Shown piece by piece: positions 36,909-45,798 of a DNA stretch of 64,000 nt; the stretch's first letter is position 1; every line of letters starts with the position of its first letter. Under the pieces are notes generated by a model that was given only the letters and a program-made list of their open reading frames with translations, did not search any database and was not told the DNA's origin. A program made the translations under genes and the position numbers. The DNA is from Pseudomonadota bacterium (GTDB lineage Bacteria > Pseudomonadota > Gammaproteobacteria > Pseudomonadales > JADFDG01), in the NCBI GenBank assembly GCA_049324475.1, contig JBMOOO010000001.1:116223-180222 (forward strand), read 5' to 3'.

Positions 36909-38309
36909 ATGTCCCGCCTCACGTTCGCCGGTGCCGCGCAGGAAGTCACCGGCTCCTGTTATCTGGTGGAAACCGGCCGCAGCCGGCTGCTGCTCGACTG
37001 CGGCATCCGGCAGGGCCCGGACGATGTCACCCGCCTGCATCGCTCCCGCTTCCCGTTCCGTCCCGGCGACGTGCACGCGGTGGTGCTTTCCCATGCGCAC
37101 CTGGACCACTCCGGCATGCTGCCGCGGCTGGTGCATGAAGGATTTTCCGGGCCGATCTACTGCACGCCGGCCACCCGCAACCTGCTGGCGATCATGCTGG
37201 AGGACGCCGCCGGGCTTTACCTGCGCGATCTCGAATGGGAGAACCGCCAGCGGCAGCGCAGCGGCAAACGCGAACTGGCACCGCAATACACCCTGGATGA
37301 TGTGGCGCGCGTGCTGGAGCTGTGCGAGCCGCTGTCGTACGGCGTCCACATGGTCATCAACAGCGACGCCGAACTCTGCTTCCACGATGCCGGGCACATT
37401 CTCGGTTCGGCCATCGTCGAACTGAAGCTGGCCTCGAACGGCGGCCGCCACCGGCTGGTGTTTTCCGGCGACCTTGGCTCACGCGAAGCCGTGCTGATGC
37501 AGCCGCCGGAGCGGCTCACGGAAGCCGACGTGGTGCTGATGGAAGGCACCTACGGCAACCGTGACCACCGGCGGCGCGACGAGACCGTGGAGGAACTGGC
37601 CGGCGTGCTCGCGGACGCGTGGAAACAGGGCGGCAACGTGCTGATACCCGCTTTCGCGGTCGGCCGCACCCAGGACATCCTGTTCACGCTGGGCGCGCTG
37701 CATCACCAGGGGCGGCTTGATGCCTGGACGGTGTTCCTCGACTCGCCGATGGCGATCGAGGTGACGCATCTGTACGACCAGTGGCAAGACCAGCTGGATC
37801 ACCGCGATGTGGACCTGATGACGCGTGACCGCGGCCAGACCCTGGAGAAATTCCTGCCGTCGCTGCAGCTGTCGCGCACGGTCGAGGATTCCATGGCGAT
37901 CAACCGCATCAGTCGCGGCGCCATCATCATTGCCGGCAGCGGCATGTGTTCGGGCGGGCGTATCCGTCACCATCTCAAGCACCGGATCTGGCGGCCGGAC
38001 ACGCACCTGGTGTTCGTCGGTTTCCAGGCGCGCGGCACGCTGGGCCGGCAGCTGGTGGACGGCGCGAAGCGGGTGAAACTGTTCGGGCAGCAGTACGCGG
38101 TGCATGCGCAGGTGCATACGCTGGGCGGGTTCTCCGCGCACGCGGGGCAGAGCGAGCTGGTCGACTGGATCTCGGGCTTCACCACGAAGCCGCGCGTGCA
38201 GCTGGTGCACGGCGAGCCGGAGGCGCTGGCGGCACTGGCAGAGAAGCTCTGGCACGAAAAGCGCATCGCCGCCGACATTCCCGCGCCGGGCTCTTCCATC
38301 ACCCTGTAG
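36909..38309 (+). CDS. MBL-fold beta-CASP RNA-metabolising hydrolase
   Basis: HAHLDHSG metallo-beta-lactamase motif, beta-CASP region, and a C-terminal GFSAHAGQSEL motif. Confidence 0.85.
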   Translation: MSRLTFAGAAQEVTGSCYLVETGRSRLLLDCGIRQGPDDVTRLHRSRFPFRPGDVHAVVLSHAHLDHSGMLPRLVHEGFSGPIYCTPATRNLLAIMLEDAAGLYLRDLEWENRQRQRSGKRELAPQYTLDDVARVLELCEPLSYGVHMVINSDAELCFHDAGHILGSAIVELKLASNGGRHRLVFSGDLGSREAVLMQPPERLTEADVVLMEGTYGNRDHRRRDETVEELAGVLADAWKQGGNVLIPAFAVGRTQDILFTLGALHHQGRLDAWTVFLDSPMAIEVTHLYDQWQDQLDHRDVDLMTRDRGQTLEKFLPSLQLSRTVEDSMAINRISRGAIIIAGSGMCSGGRIRHHLKHRIWRPDTHLVFVGFQARGTLGRQLVDGAKRVKLFGQQYAVHAQVHTLGGFSAHAGQSELVDWISGFTTKPRVQLVHGEPEALAALAEKLWHEKRIAADIPAPGSSITL

Positions 38310-38415
38310 GAGGCTTTCCGGGGCGACGTGCGTCACGTCGCCCGTCACCGGGCTCCTGCGGTAGGAGCCCCTTCAGGGGCGACGTTCCAGGACTTGCCCG
38401 TACACGGGCTCCTGC
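38306..38415. repeat. Cluster of four REP units in alternating orientation
   Basis: The units are GTAGGAGGCTTTCCGGGGCGAC (38306), its inverted form GTCGCCCGTCACCGGGCTCCTGC (38337), GTAGGAGCCCCTTCAGGGGCGAC (38361), and inverted GCCCGTACACGGGCTCCTGC (38396). Each has a GC-rich hairpin core. Confidence 0.7.
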
Positions 38416-38727
38416 GGCAGGAAATCCCGTTCGTAAAGCCAGGCCGCATCCCGGTGCGGGTAGTCGCCGATGCGATGGCACAAGCCTGCACGCAAGAGAT
38501 TGGCGACCACGTATCGTGCGGCATTGCGCAAGCACTCTTCTGCTCGCATGGCCTGCCTGTTGCTCCAGGCGCAGGACGTTGATCAGGCATCGCGTGTGGT
38601 CGAATTCGCGGAATACGGGCCGTCGATGGCGAGTCACCGAGGTGAGCAGGTAGTAGTGCCCGGGGCAGGAATGTCTTCCTTTGCGCAGGGCATGACCGTG
38701 TGCGGCTGTATGCATGCCCGCGATCAT
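38373..38727 (-). pseudogene. REP-associated tyrosine transposase (RAYT / TnpA_REP) remnant with internal deletion and frameshift
   Basis: The N-terminal frame gives HALRKGRHSCPGHYYLLTSVTRHRRPVFREF...LRLEQQAGHA. From about 38550 a different frame gives RAEECLRNAARYVVANLLRAGLCHRIGDYPHRDAAWL, a RAYT C-terminus. The central HUH-bearing segment is absent. Confidence 0.7.
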
Positions 38728-38773
38728 GTCGGGCTGGCTGTGTGAGGGTTGCCGGTATTCGCGGTTGCTTGCC

Positions 38774-38812
38774 GTAGGAGCCCCGAGGGGTCGCCCGTAA
38801 ACGGGCTCCTAC
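38774..38812. repeat. Inverted REP pair
   Basis: GTAGGAGCCCCGAGGGGTCGCCCGTAAACGGGCTCCTAC, with head-to-head GTAGGAGCC / GGCTCCTAC ends. Confidence 0.7.
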
Positions 38813-41800
38813 AGTTCCTTTTCCAGCCGTGCGGCGCGGCGCCCGGGCGAGCCGGTATTGCGGCACAGCAGGGCGTAGAACGCAGGCACCACCACCAGCG
38901 TGAGGAAGGTGGAGAAAATCACGCCCCAGAACACCACCAGCCCGAGGTTGCCGCGCGCCTCGCTGCCGGCGCCGGTGCCGAGGATCAGCGGCAGCGCGCC
39001 GGCCGCCGTGGCCAGCGAGGTCATCAGGATCGGGCGCAGGCGGATGCGGGCGGCCTCGAGGATCGCCGCCCGGAATTCCGTGCCGGCGTCGCGCCGCTGG
39101 TTGGCGAATTCCACGATCAGGATGCCGTTCTTGGCGGCCAGGCCGATCAGCATGATCAGGCCGATCTGCGAATAGATGTTCAGCGAATAGCCGAATGCGG
39201 CCAGCGCGGCCACGCCGCCGAACACGGCCAGCGGCACCGTGGTCATGATCGCCAGCGGGTGTATCCAGCTCTCGAACTGGGCGGCCAGTACCAGGAACAC
39301 CACCAGCAGCGCGACTGCGAAGGTGATGTAGATGGCGCTGCCGGATTCCTGCAGTTCGCGCGAATCGCCTTTCCAGGAAATCTGCGCGCTGGGCGGCAGT
39401 TCTTCCGCGGCGATCTTCTTCATGTACGCCACCGCTTCGCCCAGGGTGTAGCCGGGCGCCAGCCCGCCACTGATGGTGATGGCGCGCAGCCGGTTGTAGC
39501 GGCTGAGCGTGGCGGCACTGGCGGCATCCTGCGTGGTGATCACGTTGCCCAGCGGCACCAGCGCGCCGGACGTGGACGAACGCACGTACACGCCGGTGAT
39601 GTCGTTGGGTGTGGCGCGGTCGCGGGCCGCAGCCTGGATCACCACGTCGTATTCCTCGCCGCCGTGTTCCGGGTCCAGCCAGGTGGTGACCTTGCGGCCG
39701 GCCAGCAGCGTTTCCAGCGTGTAGCCGACGCTCTCGATCGATACGCCCAGGTCGGCCGCACGTTTCAGGTCGATGCGCACGTCCAGGGTCGGCTTGGTTT
39801 CCTTGTAGTCGGAATCCGGCCGCAGGATGTCCGGATTCTCGGCCGCGATGCGCGCCAGGATCCTGTCCCGCCACTGCGCCAGTTCTTCCCAGCTGCCGCC
39901 ACCGATCACCATCTGCAGCGGCTGCCCGAAGGCGCTGCCGAAGCCGCTGCGCTGTACGGTGTTGGCACGCACACCCGGCAGCTGCGACAGTTCCTTGCCC
40001 AGTTCGGTGGCCACGTCGTCGGTGCTGCGTTCGCGGTCGCTCCAGTCGGTCAGCGAGACCATCGCCGCGCCGCTGTTGTTGCCGGCCGCACCGCCGAAGC
40101 CGGGCACACGCACCAGGAAGCGGTCGATCTCGCTGTCCGGATGTTCTTCGCTGCGCAGGTGCGCCAGCAGGCGGTTTTCCACCATGCCGATGTAACGTGC
40201 GGTGTAGCCGAAGCTGGCGCCCTCGGGGCCGGTGACCTGCACCTGGAACTGGCCGCGGTCCTCGCGCGGCGTGAACTCGGACGGCAGGAAGAGGAACAGC
40301 GCCACGGTGCCGGCCAGCAGCACGGCCAGCAGGATGGCCGGGCGCAGCGGCTTGTCCACGAAGCCGCCCAGCCGCCGCTCGTAGCCGCTGCCGATGCGTG
40401 CCATGGTGCGGTCCACGGTCTGCGCCAGCCGGTTGCCGTCGCCGGCCTGTTTCAGCAGCAGCGAGCACAGCACCGGCGACAGCGTCAGGGCGACCAGACC
40501 GGAGCAGAACACGCTGCCGGCCAGCGCCAGCGAGAATTCGCTGAACAGCCGGCCGATGTTGCCCTGCAGGAACGCCAGTGGCGTGAACACCGCGATCAGT
40601 ACCGCCGTGGTGGCAACGATGGCGAAGCCCACCTCGCGCGCACCGTTGAAACTGGCCGCCAGCGGCGTCTCGCCGGCGTGCATGCGCCGGTGGATGTTCT
40701 CCACCACGACAATGGTGTCGTCCACCACCAGGCCGATCGCCAGCACCAGCGCCAGCAGGGTCAGGATGTTGATCGAGAAACCGAACGCCAGCAGGAAGAT
40801 GAACGACGCCATCAGCGAGATCGGCACCGTGGCGGCCGGGATCAGCGTGGCGCGCCAGTCTCCCAGGAACAGGAAGATCACCACGATCACCAGCAGTGCG
40901 GCGATTACCAGCGTGATCACCACTTCCCGCAGCGATGCCTCGATGAACAGCGACAGGTCGGTGTTGACCCGTGCCTGCATGCCTTCCGGCAGGGTCGGCA
41001 GCAGTTTTTCCAGTTCCGCCCTGGCGGCACGTGCCACCGACAGCGTGTTGGCGGTGGACTGCTTGATGATGCCCAGGCCCACCGCCGGCTGGCCGTTGGC
41101 ACGAAACAGCTGGTTGGTGTCTTCGGCGGCCACTTCGATGCGGGCCACGTCGCCCAGCGTCACCGGATAGCCGTTGGCGCCGCGTGCCACCACCAGCTGC
41201 GCGAATTCTCCCGGTGTGGTGAAGGCGCGTGCCGTGCGCAGGGTGAATTCCCGGTCGTTCGATTCCAGGCGGCCGGCCGGGCGCTCGACATTCTGCGCGC
41301 GCAGCGCGTTCTCGACGTCGGTGACTGCGAGGTTGCGTGCCGCCAGCGCCCACGGGTCCAGCCAGATGCGCATGGATGGCTGCTGCTCGCCGCCGATGCG
41401 GACGGCCGACACGCCGTCCAGCGCGGCGAAGCGGTCCACCAGATAGCGGTCGGCCCAGGCGGTCATTTCCAGGCCGCTCATGCGGTCGGAGTTGAACACG
41501 ATCCAGATGATCGGGTTGGCGTCGGAATCGGCCTTGGTCACTTCCGGCGGATCGGCTTCGTCCGGCAGGTTGCCCAGCACGCGCGAGACGCGGTCGCGCA
41601 CGTCGTTGGCGGCATCGTCGACGTTGCGGTCCAGCGCGAACTCGATGCTGATGTTCGAGCGGCCGTCGCGGCTGGTGGCGTTCAGCGAGCGCACACCCTC
41701 GATGCCGGCGATCTGTTCTTCCAGCACCTGGGTGATGCGGGTTTCCACCACCGGCGCCGAGGCACCGGGATAATTCGTCTGCACCGACACCACCGGCGGG

Positions 41801-41922
41801 TCGATGTCCGGATACTCGCGCACCGACAGTGACACCATCGCGTATGCACCGAACACCAGCAGCAGCGCGTTGAGCACGGTCGCCATGACCGGCCGTTTCA
41901 CCGACACATCGGACAGCCACAT
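38809..41922 (-). CDS. RND efflux transporter permease (AcrB/AcrD/AcrF family)
   Basis: 1037 aa, a 12-TM RND architecture with two large periplasmic loops. Family-typical N-terminus SVKRPVMATVLN...PDIDPP. Confidence 0.95.
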   Translation of the reverse strand: MWLSDVSVKRPVMATVLNALLLVFGAYAMVSLSVREYPDIDPPVVSVQTNYPGASAPVVETRITQVLEEQIAGIEGVRSLNATSRDGRSNISIEFALDRNVDDAANDVRDRVSRVLGNLPDEADPPEVTKADSDANPIIWIVFNSDRMSGLEMTAWADRYLVDRFAALDGVSAVRIGGEQQPSMRIWLDPWALAARNLAVTDVENALRAQNVERPAGRLESNDREFTLRTARAFTTPGEFAQLVVARGANGYPVTLGDVARIEVAAEDTNQLFRANGQPAVGLGIIKQSTANTLSVARAARAELEKLLPTLPEGMQARVNTDLSLFIEASLREVVITLVIAALLVIVVIFLFLGDWRATLIPAATVPISLMASFIFLLAFGFSINILTLLALVLAIGLVVDDTIVVVENIHRRMHAGETPLAASFNGAREVGFAIVATTAVLIAVFTPLAFLQGNIGRLFSEFSLALAGSVFCSGLVALTLSPVLCSLLLKQAGDGNRLAQTVDRTMARIGSGYERRLGGFVDKPLRPAILLAVLLAGTVALFLFLPSEFTPREDRGQFQVQVTGPEGASFGYTARYIGMVENRLLAHLRSEEHPDSEIDRFLVRVPGFGGAAGNNSGAAMVSLTDWSDRERSTDDVATELGKELSQLPGVRANTVQRSGFGSAFGQPLQMVIGGGSWEELAQWRDRILARIAAENPDILRPDSDYKETKPTLDVRIDLKRAADLGVSIESVGYTLETLLAGRKVTTWLDPEHGGEEYDVVIQAAARDRATPNDITGVYVRSSTSGALVPLGNVITTQDAASAATLSRYNRLRAITISGGLAPGYTLGEAVAYMKKIAAEELPPSAQISWKGDSRELQESGSAIYITFAVALLVVFLVLAAQFESWIHPLAIMTTVPLAVFGGVAALAAFGYSLNIYSQIGLIMLIGLAAKNGILIVEFANQRRDAGTEFRAAILEAARIRLRPILMTSLATAAGALPLILGTGAGSEARGNLGLVVFWGVIFSTFLTLVVVPAFYALLCRNTGSPGRRAARLEKEL

Positions 41923-41923
41923 G

Positions 41924-43066
41924 TCAGCGTTTCTCCGCAGCGGCGGGAGCGGTGTCGCCCGGCGCGGGCGCGCCGGGCGTGCGTTCCTGCACGCGCTGGC
42001 CGGGGCGCAGGTTGCCGTGACCCTCGGCCACCACGCGGTCGCCGGCGTTCAGGCCGGCCGTGATCTCCACGAAGCCGGGCAGACGCGAGCCCAGTGCCAC
42101 TTCCACGCGTGCGGCGGTGTTGTCCGCCTGCACGCGCCACAGGAACTGCCGGTTGCCCTCCGGCACGATGGCGGCTTCCGGCACGAACAGCGCCTGCCGT
42201 TCCTTCGCCTGCGCGCTCACTGTCAGCAGCATGCCGGGCTTGAGTGCGAGATCGCGATTGTCGATGCGTGCCTGCACGGCGACCGAGCGCGTGTTCTCGT
42301 CCACGCGCGAGCCCACCATCGTCACCGTGCCCTTGAAGGTGCGGCCGGGATACGCCGCCGCACGGCCGGCAACAGCATTGCCGGCGGCGATGGCGGCCAG
42401 CTGCGTTTCGGGCACCTGGAATTCCGCGCGCAGCGTGTCGGTGGCATCCAGACTGACAATGGCGTCGCCCGGCTGCACCAGCGTGCCCGGGCTCACCTGG
42501 CGGAAACCCAGCACGCCGGCAAACGGCGCCTTCACCGTGCGGTAGGCGAGCTTCACGCGCGCCAGTTCCAGCCGTGCCTGGGCTTCCTTCGCGGCCTGGC
42601 TCTGGGTATCGAGCTCGTCCTGCGACAGCAAACCCTGCTCGCGCAGTTTCCTCATGCGCGCCTGCCGGGATGCCTGCAGTTCGGCATTCACCTGCGCGGC
42701 ATTGAATTCGGCCTGTTCCTCGTCGTCTTCCAGCCGTACCAGCGGTGTGCCGGCGGCCACGCGCGCACCTTCCCGGAACAGCACCGCTTCCACCCGCCCG
42801 GATACCGGTGCAGTCAGCAGCACCGCTTCCTGTGCACGCAGCGTGGCGATGCCGTCCACCGGCTGTTGCCAGGTGCGCAGCTCCGCCGTGGCCAGTACCA
42901 CCGGTGCGGGGCGGTCGTTGCCCTTGCTGCCGTTCCTGCTCCCGGGCTGGCCGGCAGGGTCGGGGTCGCCGGAGCAGGCGAGGAGCATCAGGGGCAGCAA
43001 CCCTGCACACAGCAGGGACAGGTGACGTCTCGCCGTGCGGGTATCTGTCGTGCGGGTATTCGTCAT
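41924..43066 (-). CDS. RND efflux periplasmic adaptor (membrane fusion protein), lipoprotein
   Basis: ATG at 43066. Lipobox LLACS. Alpha-hairpin and beta-barrel pattern (VKAPFAGVLG, RAEFQVPE). The stop lies 1 nt before the RND start. The 919-aa ORF-track entry is over-extended upstream. Confidence 0.9.
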   Translation of the reverse strand: MTNTRTTDTRTARRHLSLLCAGLLPLMLLACSGDPDPAGQPGSRNGSKGNDRPAPVVLATAELRTWQQPVDGIATLRAQEAVLLTAPVSGRVEAVLFREGARVAAGTPLVRLEDDEEQAEFNAAQVNAELQASRQARMRKLREQGLLSQDELDTQSQAAKEAQARLELARVKLAYRTVKAPFAGVLGFRQVSPGTLVQPGDAIVSLDATDTLRAEFQVPETQLAAIAAGNAVAGRAAAYPGRTFKGTVTMVGSRVDENTRSVAVQARIDNRDLALKPGMLLTVSAQAKERQALFVPEAAIVPEGNRQFLWRVQADNTAARVEVALGSRLPGFVEITAGLNAGDRVVAEGHGNLRPGQRVQERTPGAPAPGDTAPAAAEKR

Positions 43067-43162
43067 GCAGGCATTCCGGGAGACGGGCAGGCGCTGGAGG
43101 TGTCGCGTCATGATGCCCGCGGAATGTGCAACAAGCATGCATGCGTACGACGACGGGAGGTT

Positions 43163-43192
43163 TTGACACGTCTTCGCGGCCTCCCGTAGGCT
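43163..43192 (+). promoter_or_regulatory. Possible sigma-70 promoter for the RCC1 gene
   Basis: TTGACA - 18 nt - TAGGCT, about 80 nt upstream of ATG 43274. Confidence 0.3.
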
Positions 43193-43273
43193 GCGGACGG
43201 TTCCATGACCCCCGGGTCTCCAGCCCGTCCTCCCTGTGGCGGGCGACGCCTCATCTCCCTCAAGGATTTCCCC

Positions 43274-45004
43274 ATGAATCGATACCTGAAGCTGGCAGCA
43301 CTGGGCAGTGCGGCCCTGTTCGTCACGGCCTGCGTCGACGAGGAGAACACCCGCACGGTCCTCGTGCCCGACACCGACATCTCCATTGCGACCAGTGCCG
43401 GGACCGGCGGCAGCGTGGCTCCGGCATCCGCCCTGCTGGCGGTCGGTGCCAGCCAGGCTTTCACGGTGACACCGGACAGCGGCTACGCCATCGCCGGTGT
43501 CAGCGGTTGCGACGGAACCCTGGACGGCAATACCTACAACGTGACGGCCGGTACCGAGGACTGCATCGTGACCGCCACCTTCGTCGAGCAGTTCACCGTG
43601 ACGGCCACGGTATCGGGCAGCGGCGGCACGGTACTGCCGGCGAGTGTCACGCTGGATGACGGTGATACGGCGGTGCTGGCGATCACCGCGAACGACGGCT
43701 TCGTGGTCGACCGCATCGGCGGTTGCGCCGGTAATTTCGACGGCAGCGACTTCACCACCGATGCCATCGACGCCGACTGCACCCTGACGGTCAGCTTCCG
43801 CGCGCAGAAAACCATTGTGGCCGGCGGTTTCCACACCTGCTCGCTGCTGGATGAATCCGGCGAGCCACTGCTGGACAGCAATGGCGATCTGGCCGGCAAA
43901 TGCTAGGGCCAGAATTTCAGCGGCCAGCTGGGCGTGTCGAGCTTCTCCATGACCGCGCACGGCGACGAACCCGGTGAAAGCCCGTCCGAAAACGACACGG
44001 TGACGATGCCGGCCGCCGGGCTGTCGGTCACCACTCTGGCGCTGGGCAACCTGCACACCTGCGCGATCCTGTCCGATGCCGCCCTGTACTGCTTTGGTGA
44101 AAGCCAGAACGGCCAGCTCGGTCTGGGCATCAATGCCGATCGCAAGATCATGACCGATGCCGTGGATTTCGGCGGTCTCGCGGTGATGGAAGTGGCGACC
44201 GGCGGCCAGTTCACCTGCGCGCGCCTGATCGACAACAGCGTGTACTGCTGGGGCCTGAACAGCAGCGGCGAGCTGGGCACCGGCGACGCCGACGCCCGCT
44301 TCGTGCCGGACAGCGCCGTACCGCTGGCAGCGGCACCGGCACAGATCAGTGCAGGCGGAGCCCACGCCTGCGCGCGCCTGGTCAACAACAGCGTGTACTG
44401 CTGGGGCGACAACTCCAGCGGCCAGCTGGGCGACAGCGACGGTGGCAATGATTCCGGTACGCCGGCCGTGGTGAATCTGGGTGCCGTCACGGCCGTCACC
44501 GACATCAGCAACGGCGGCCTGTTCAGCTGCGTCATCGTGGATGGCGAGGTGAAATGCTGGGGCGAGAACGGCAGCGGTCAGCTGGGCAACAACGACGGCA
44601 CCAACACCGATCTGGACGTCCCCTCGGCAGCGCTCGATATCGACGCTGAAGTGCCGGTGAATGTCGAGGGTGGCGGTGAGCACGCCTGCGTGCTGACGCA
44701 GAGCGGCAAGGTGTACTGCTGGGGCGAGAGCGATGCCGGCCAGACCGGCCAGAACGACACCACCGACGACATCTCGCCGGTACAGGTCGATCTCGGTGGT
44801 GCCTATCTCGCGCTGCAGCTGGAGCTGGGCGCTGACCAGACCTGCGTACAGCTGCAGCCGATTCCGGATACCGGCGCGCGTCCGGTGCGCTGCTGGGGCG
44901 AGGGCGGTGTCGGCCAGCTCGGCCTGGAAGCCACGGATGATCTCGGCGACAACGAGGTCGTCAGCAACGATGACTTCAACGTGCTGCTGGCGGATCCGAT
45001 CTGA
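43274..45004 (+). pseudogene. RCC1-repeat (7-blade beta-propeller) lipoprotein with two InlB-B-repeat-like N-terminal domains, interrupted by an in-frame TAG at 43904-43906
   Basis: Lipobox LFVTAC. Seven C[WF]GxNxxGQLG repeats. ORFs 43205-43906 and 43934-45004 are in the same frame, and the stop replaces the conserved Trp: GKC*GQNFSGQLG. Confidence 0.8.
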
Positions 45005-45023
45005 GGCCGCAAGTCCTGCAATG

Positions 45024-45057
45024 AAAACGGGCGCCCGAGGGCGCCCGTTCTTTTTTC
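45024..45057. terminator. Bidirectional rho-independent terminator
   Basis: AAAACGGGCGCC-cgag-GGCGCCCGTTCTTTTTT, lying between convergent genes. Confidence 0.75.
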
Positions 45058-45061
45058 CGTT

Positions 45062-45409
45062 TCAGATATCCCGGCCGTTGAAGTGCTGCACGTTCAGCGC
45101 ATCAAGGTCGACGCCTTCCAGACAGCGCACGTTGATGGCCGCCATCTCGTTGCCCTTCGGGTCTTTTGCCTCCCCGAAAGGATGGATGCCGCAGACCGGG
45201 CAGAAACGGTGCTGTATCACATGCTTGTTGAAGGTGTAGGTGGCCATCTTTTCCGGTGCGGTCTGCAGCGTCACGCTGCTGCGCGGCACGAACCACATCA
45301 GCGCGCCCTTGCGCGCACAGATTGAACAGTTGCAGGCCATCACGTCCTTCAGTTCGCCCTGCACGCTGAAACGGATGCCGCCGCAGTGGCAGCTGCCCTG
45401 GTATGTCAT
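45062..45409 (-). CDS. GFA-family (glutathione-dependent formaldehyde-activating-like / CENP-V) zinc protein
   Basis: GSCHCGGIRF...ACNCSIC...RFCPVCG cysteine pattern, typical of the GFA domain. Confidence 0.85.
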   Translation of the reverse strand: MTYQGSCHCGGIRFSVQGELKDVMACNCSICARKGALMWFVPRSSVTLQTAPEKMATYTFNKHVIQHRFCPVCGIHPFGEAKDPKGNEMAAINVRCLEGVDLDALNVQHFNGRDI

Positions 45410-45798
45410 GAGGAGGCTCCCGGACGTTCACGCTGGATCAGGTAGACGGCCAGTGCCGCGCTGGCGATTTCCAGTGCGAACAGGCCGATCATCAGCACCG
45501 GCCATTCGCCGCCGGTGACCATGCCGTACAGCCGGCCCAGCGCGGTGCCGCCCAGCGTGGCGGCCACCAGCACCAGCCCGGGCAGCACCAGCCAGCTCCG
45601 GCGCACCGCCAGCAGCAGGGCCACGCCGATACCCAGCATCTGGCCGCCGTAGAAACCCTGCACCTCGACGATGCCGGTGTGCGAGAACAGCATGAAATCG
45701 GTCAGGCGGGCCATGTCGATCGGCGCACCCAGATAGAAGATGCCCAGCCCGGCGAAAGCCAGGCCGGCCACCAGCAGATAAAGACGGGTGATGTTCAT
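45406..45798 (-). CDS. DUF4345-like 4-TM membrane protein
   Basis: ATG at 45798. The pattern LLVAGLAFAGLGIFYLGAP...VEVQGFYGGQMLGIGVALL matches DUF4345 as I recall it. ATGA overlaps at both ends. Confidence 0.6.
   Translation of the reverse strand: MNITRLYLLVAGLAFAGLGIFYLGAPIDMARLTDFMLFSHTGIVEVQGFYGGQMLGIGVALLLAVRRSWLVLPGLVLVAATLGGTALGRLYGMVTGGEWPVLMIGLFALEIASAALAVYLIQRERPGASS

Noticed and set aside
38345-41920. 1191-aa minus-strand ORF and 1027-aa plus-strand ORF (38749-41832) overlapping the RND pump
   Set aside because: The 38809-41922 frame gives a textbook AcrB-family protein. The alternative frames are low-complexity Arg/Gly/Pro-rich and lack TM periodicity. They are high-GC frame artefacts. 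The tail of the 1191-aa ORF does contain the genuine RAYT C-terminal fragment, which is reported separately.
43067-44683. Upstream 539 aa of the 919-aa minus ORF that contains the RND adaptor
   Set aside because: The adaptor has its own ATG (43066), lipobox and full MFP length. The extension runs antisense through the RCC1 gene and is compositionally non-protein-like.
43934-45004. Treating the downstream RCC1 ORF as an independent gene starting at GTG 43934
   Set aside because: It is in frame with the upstream ORF. The sequence between the TAG and 43934 (GQNFSGQLGVSSF) continues the RCC1 repeat. The product would also lack the signal peptide and blade 1. The interrupted single gene is the more parsimonious reading.
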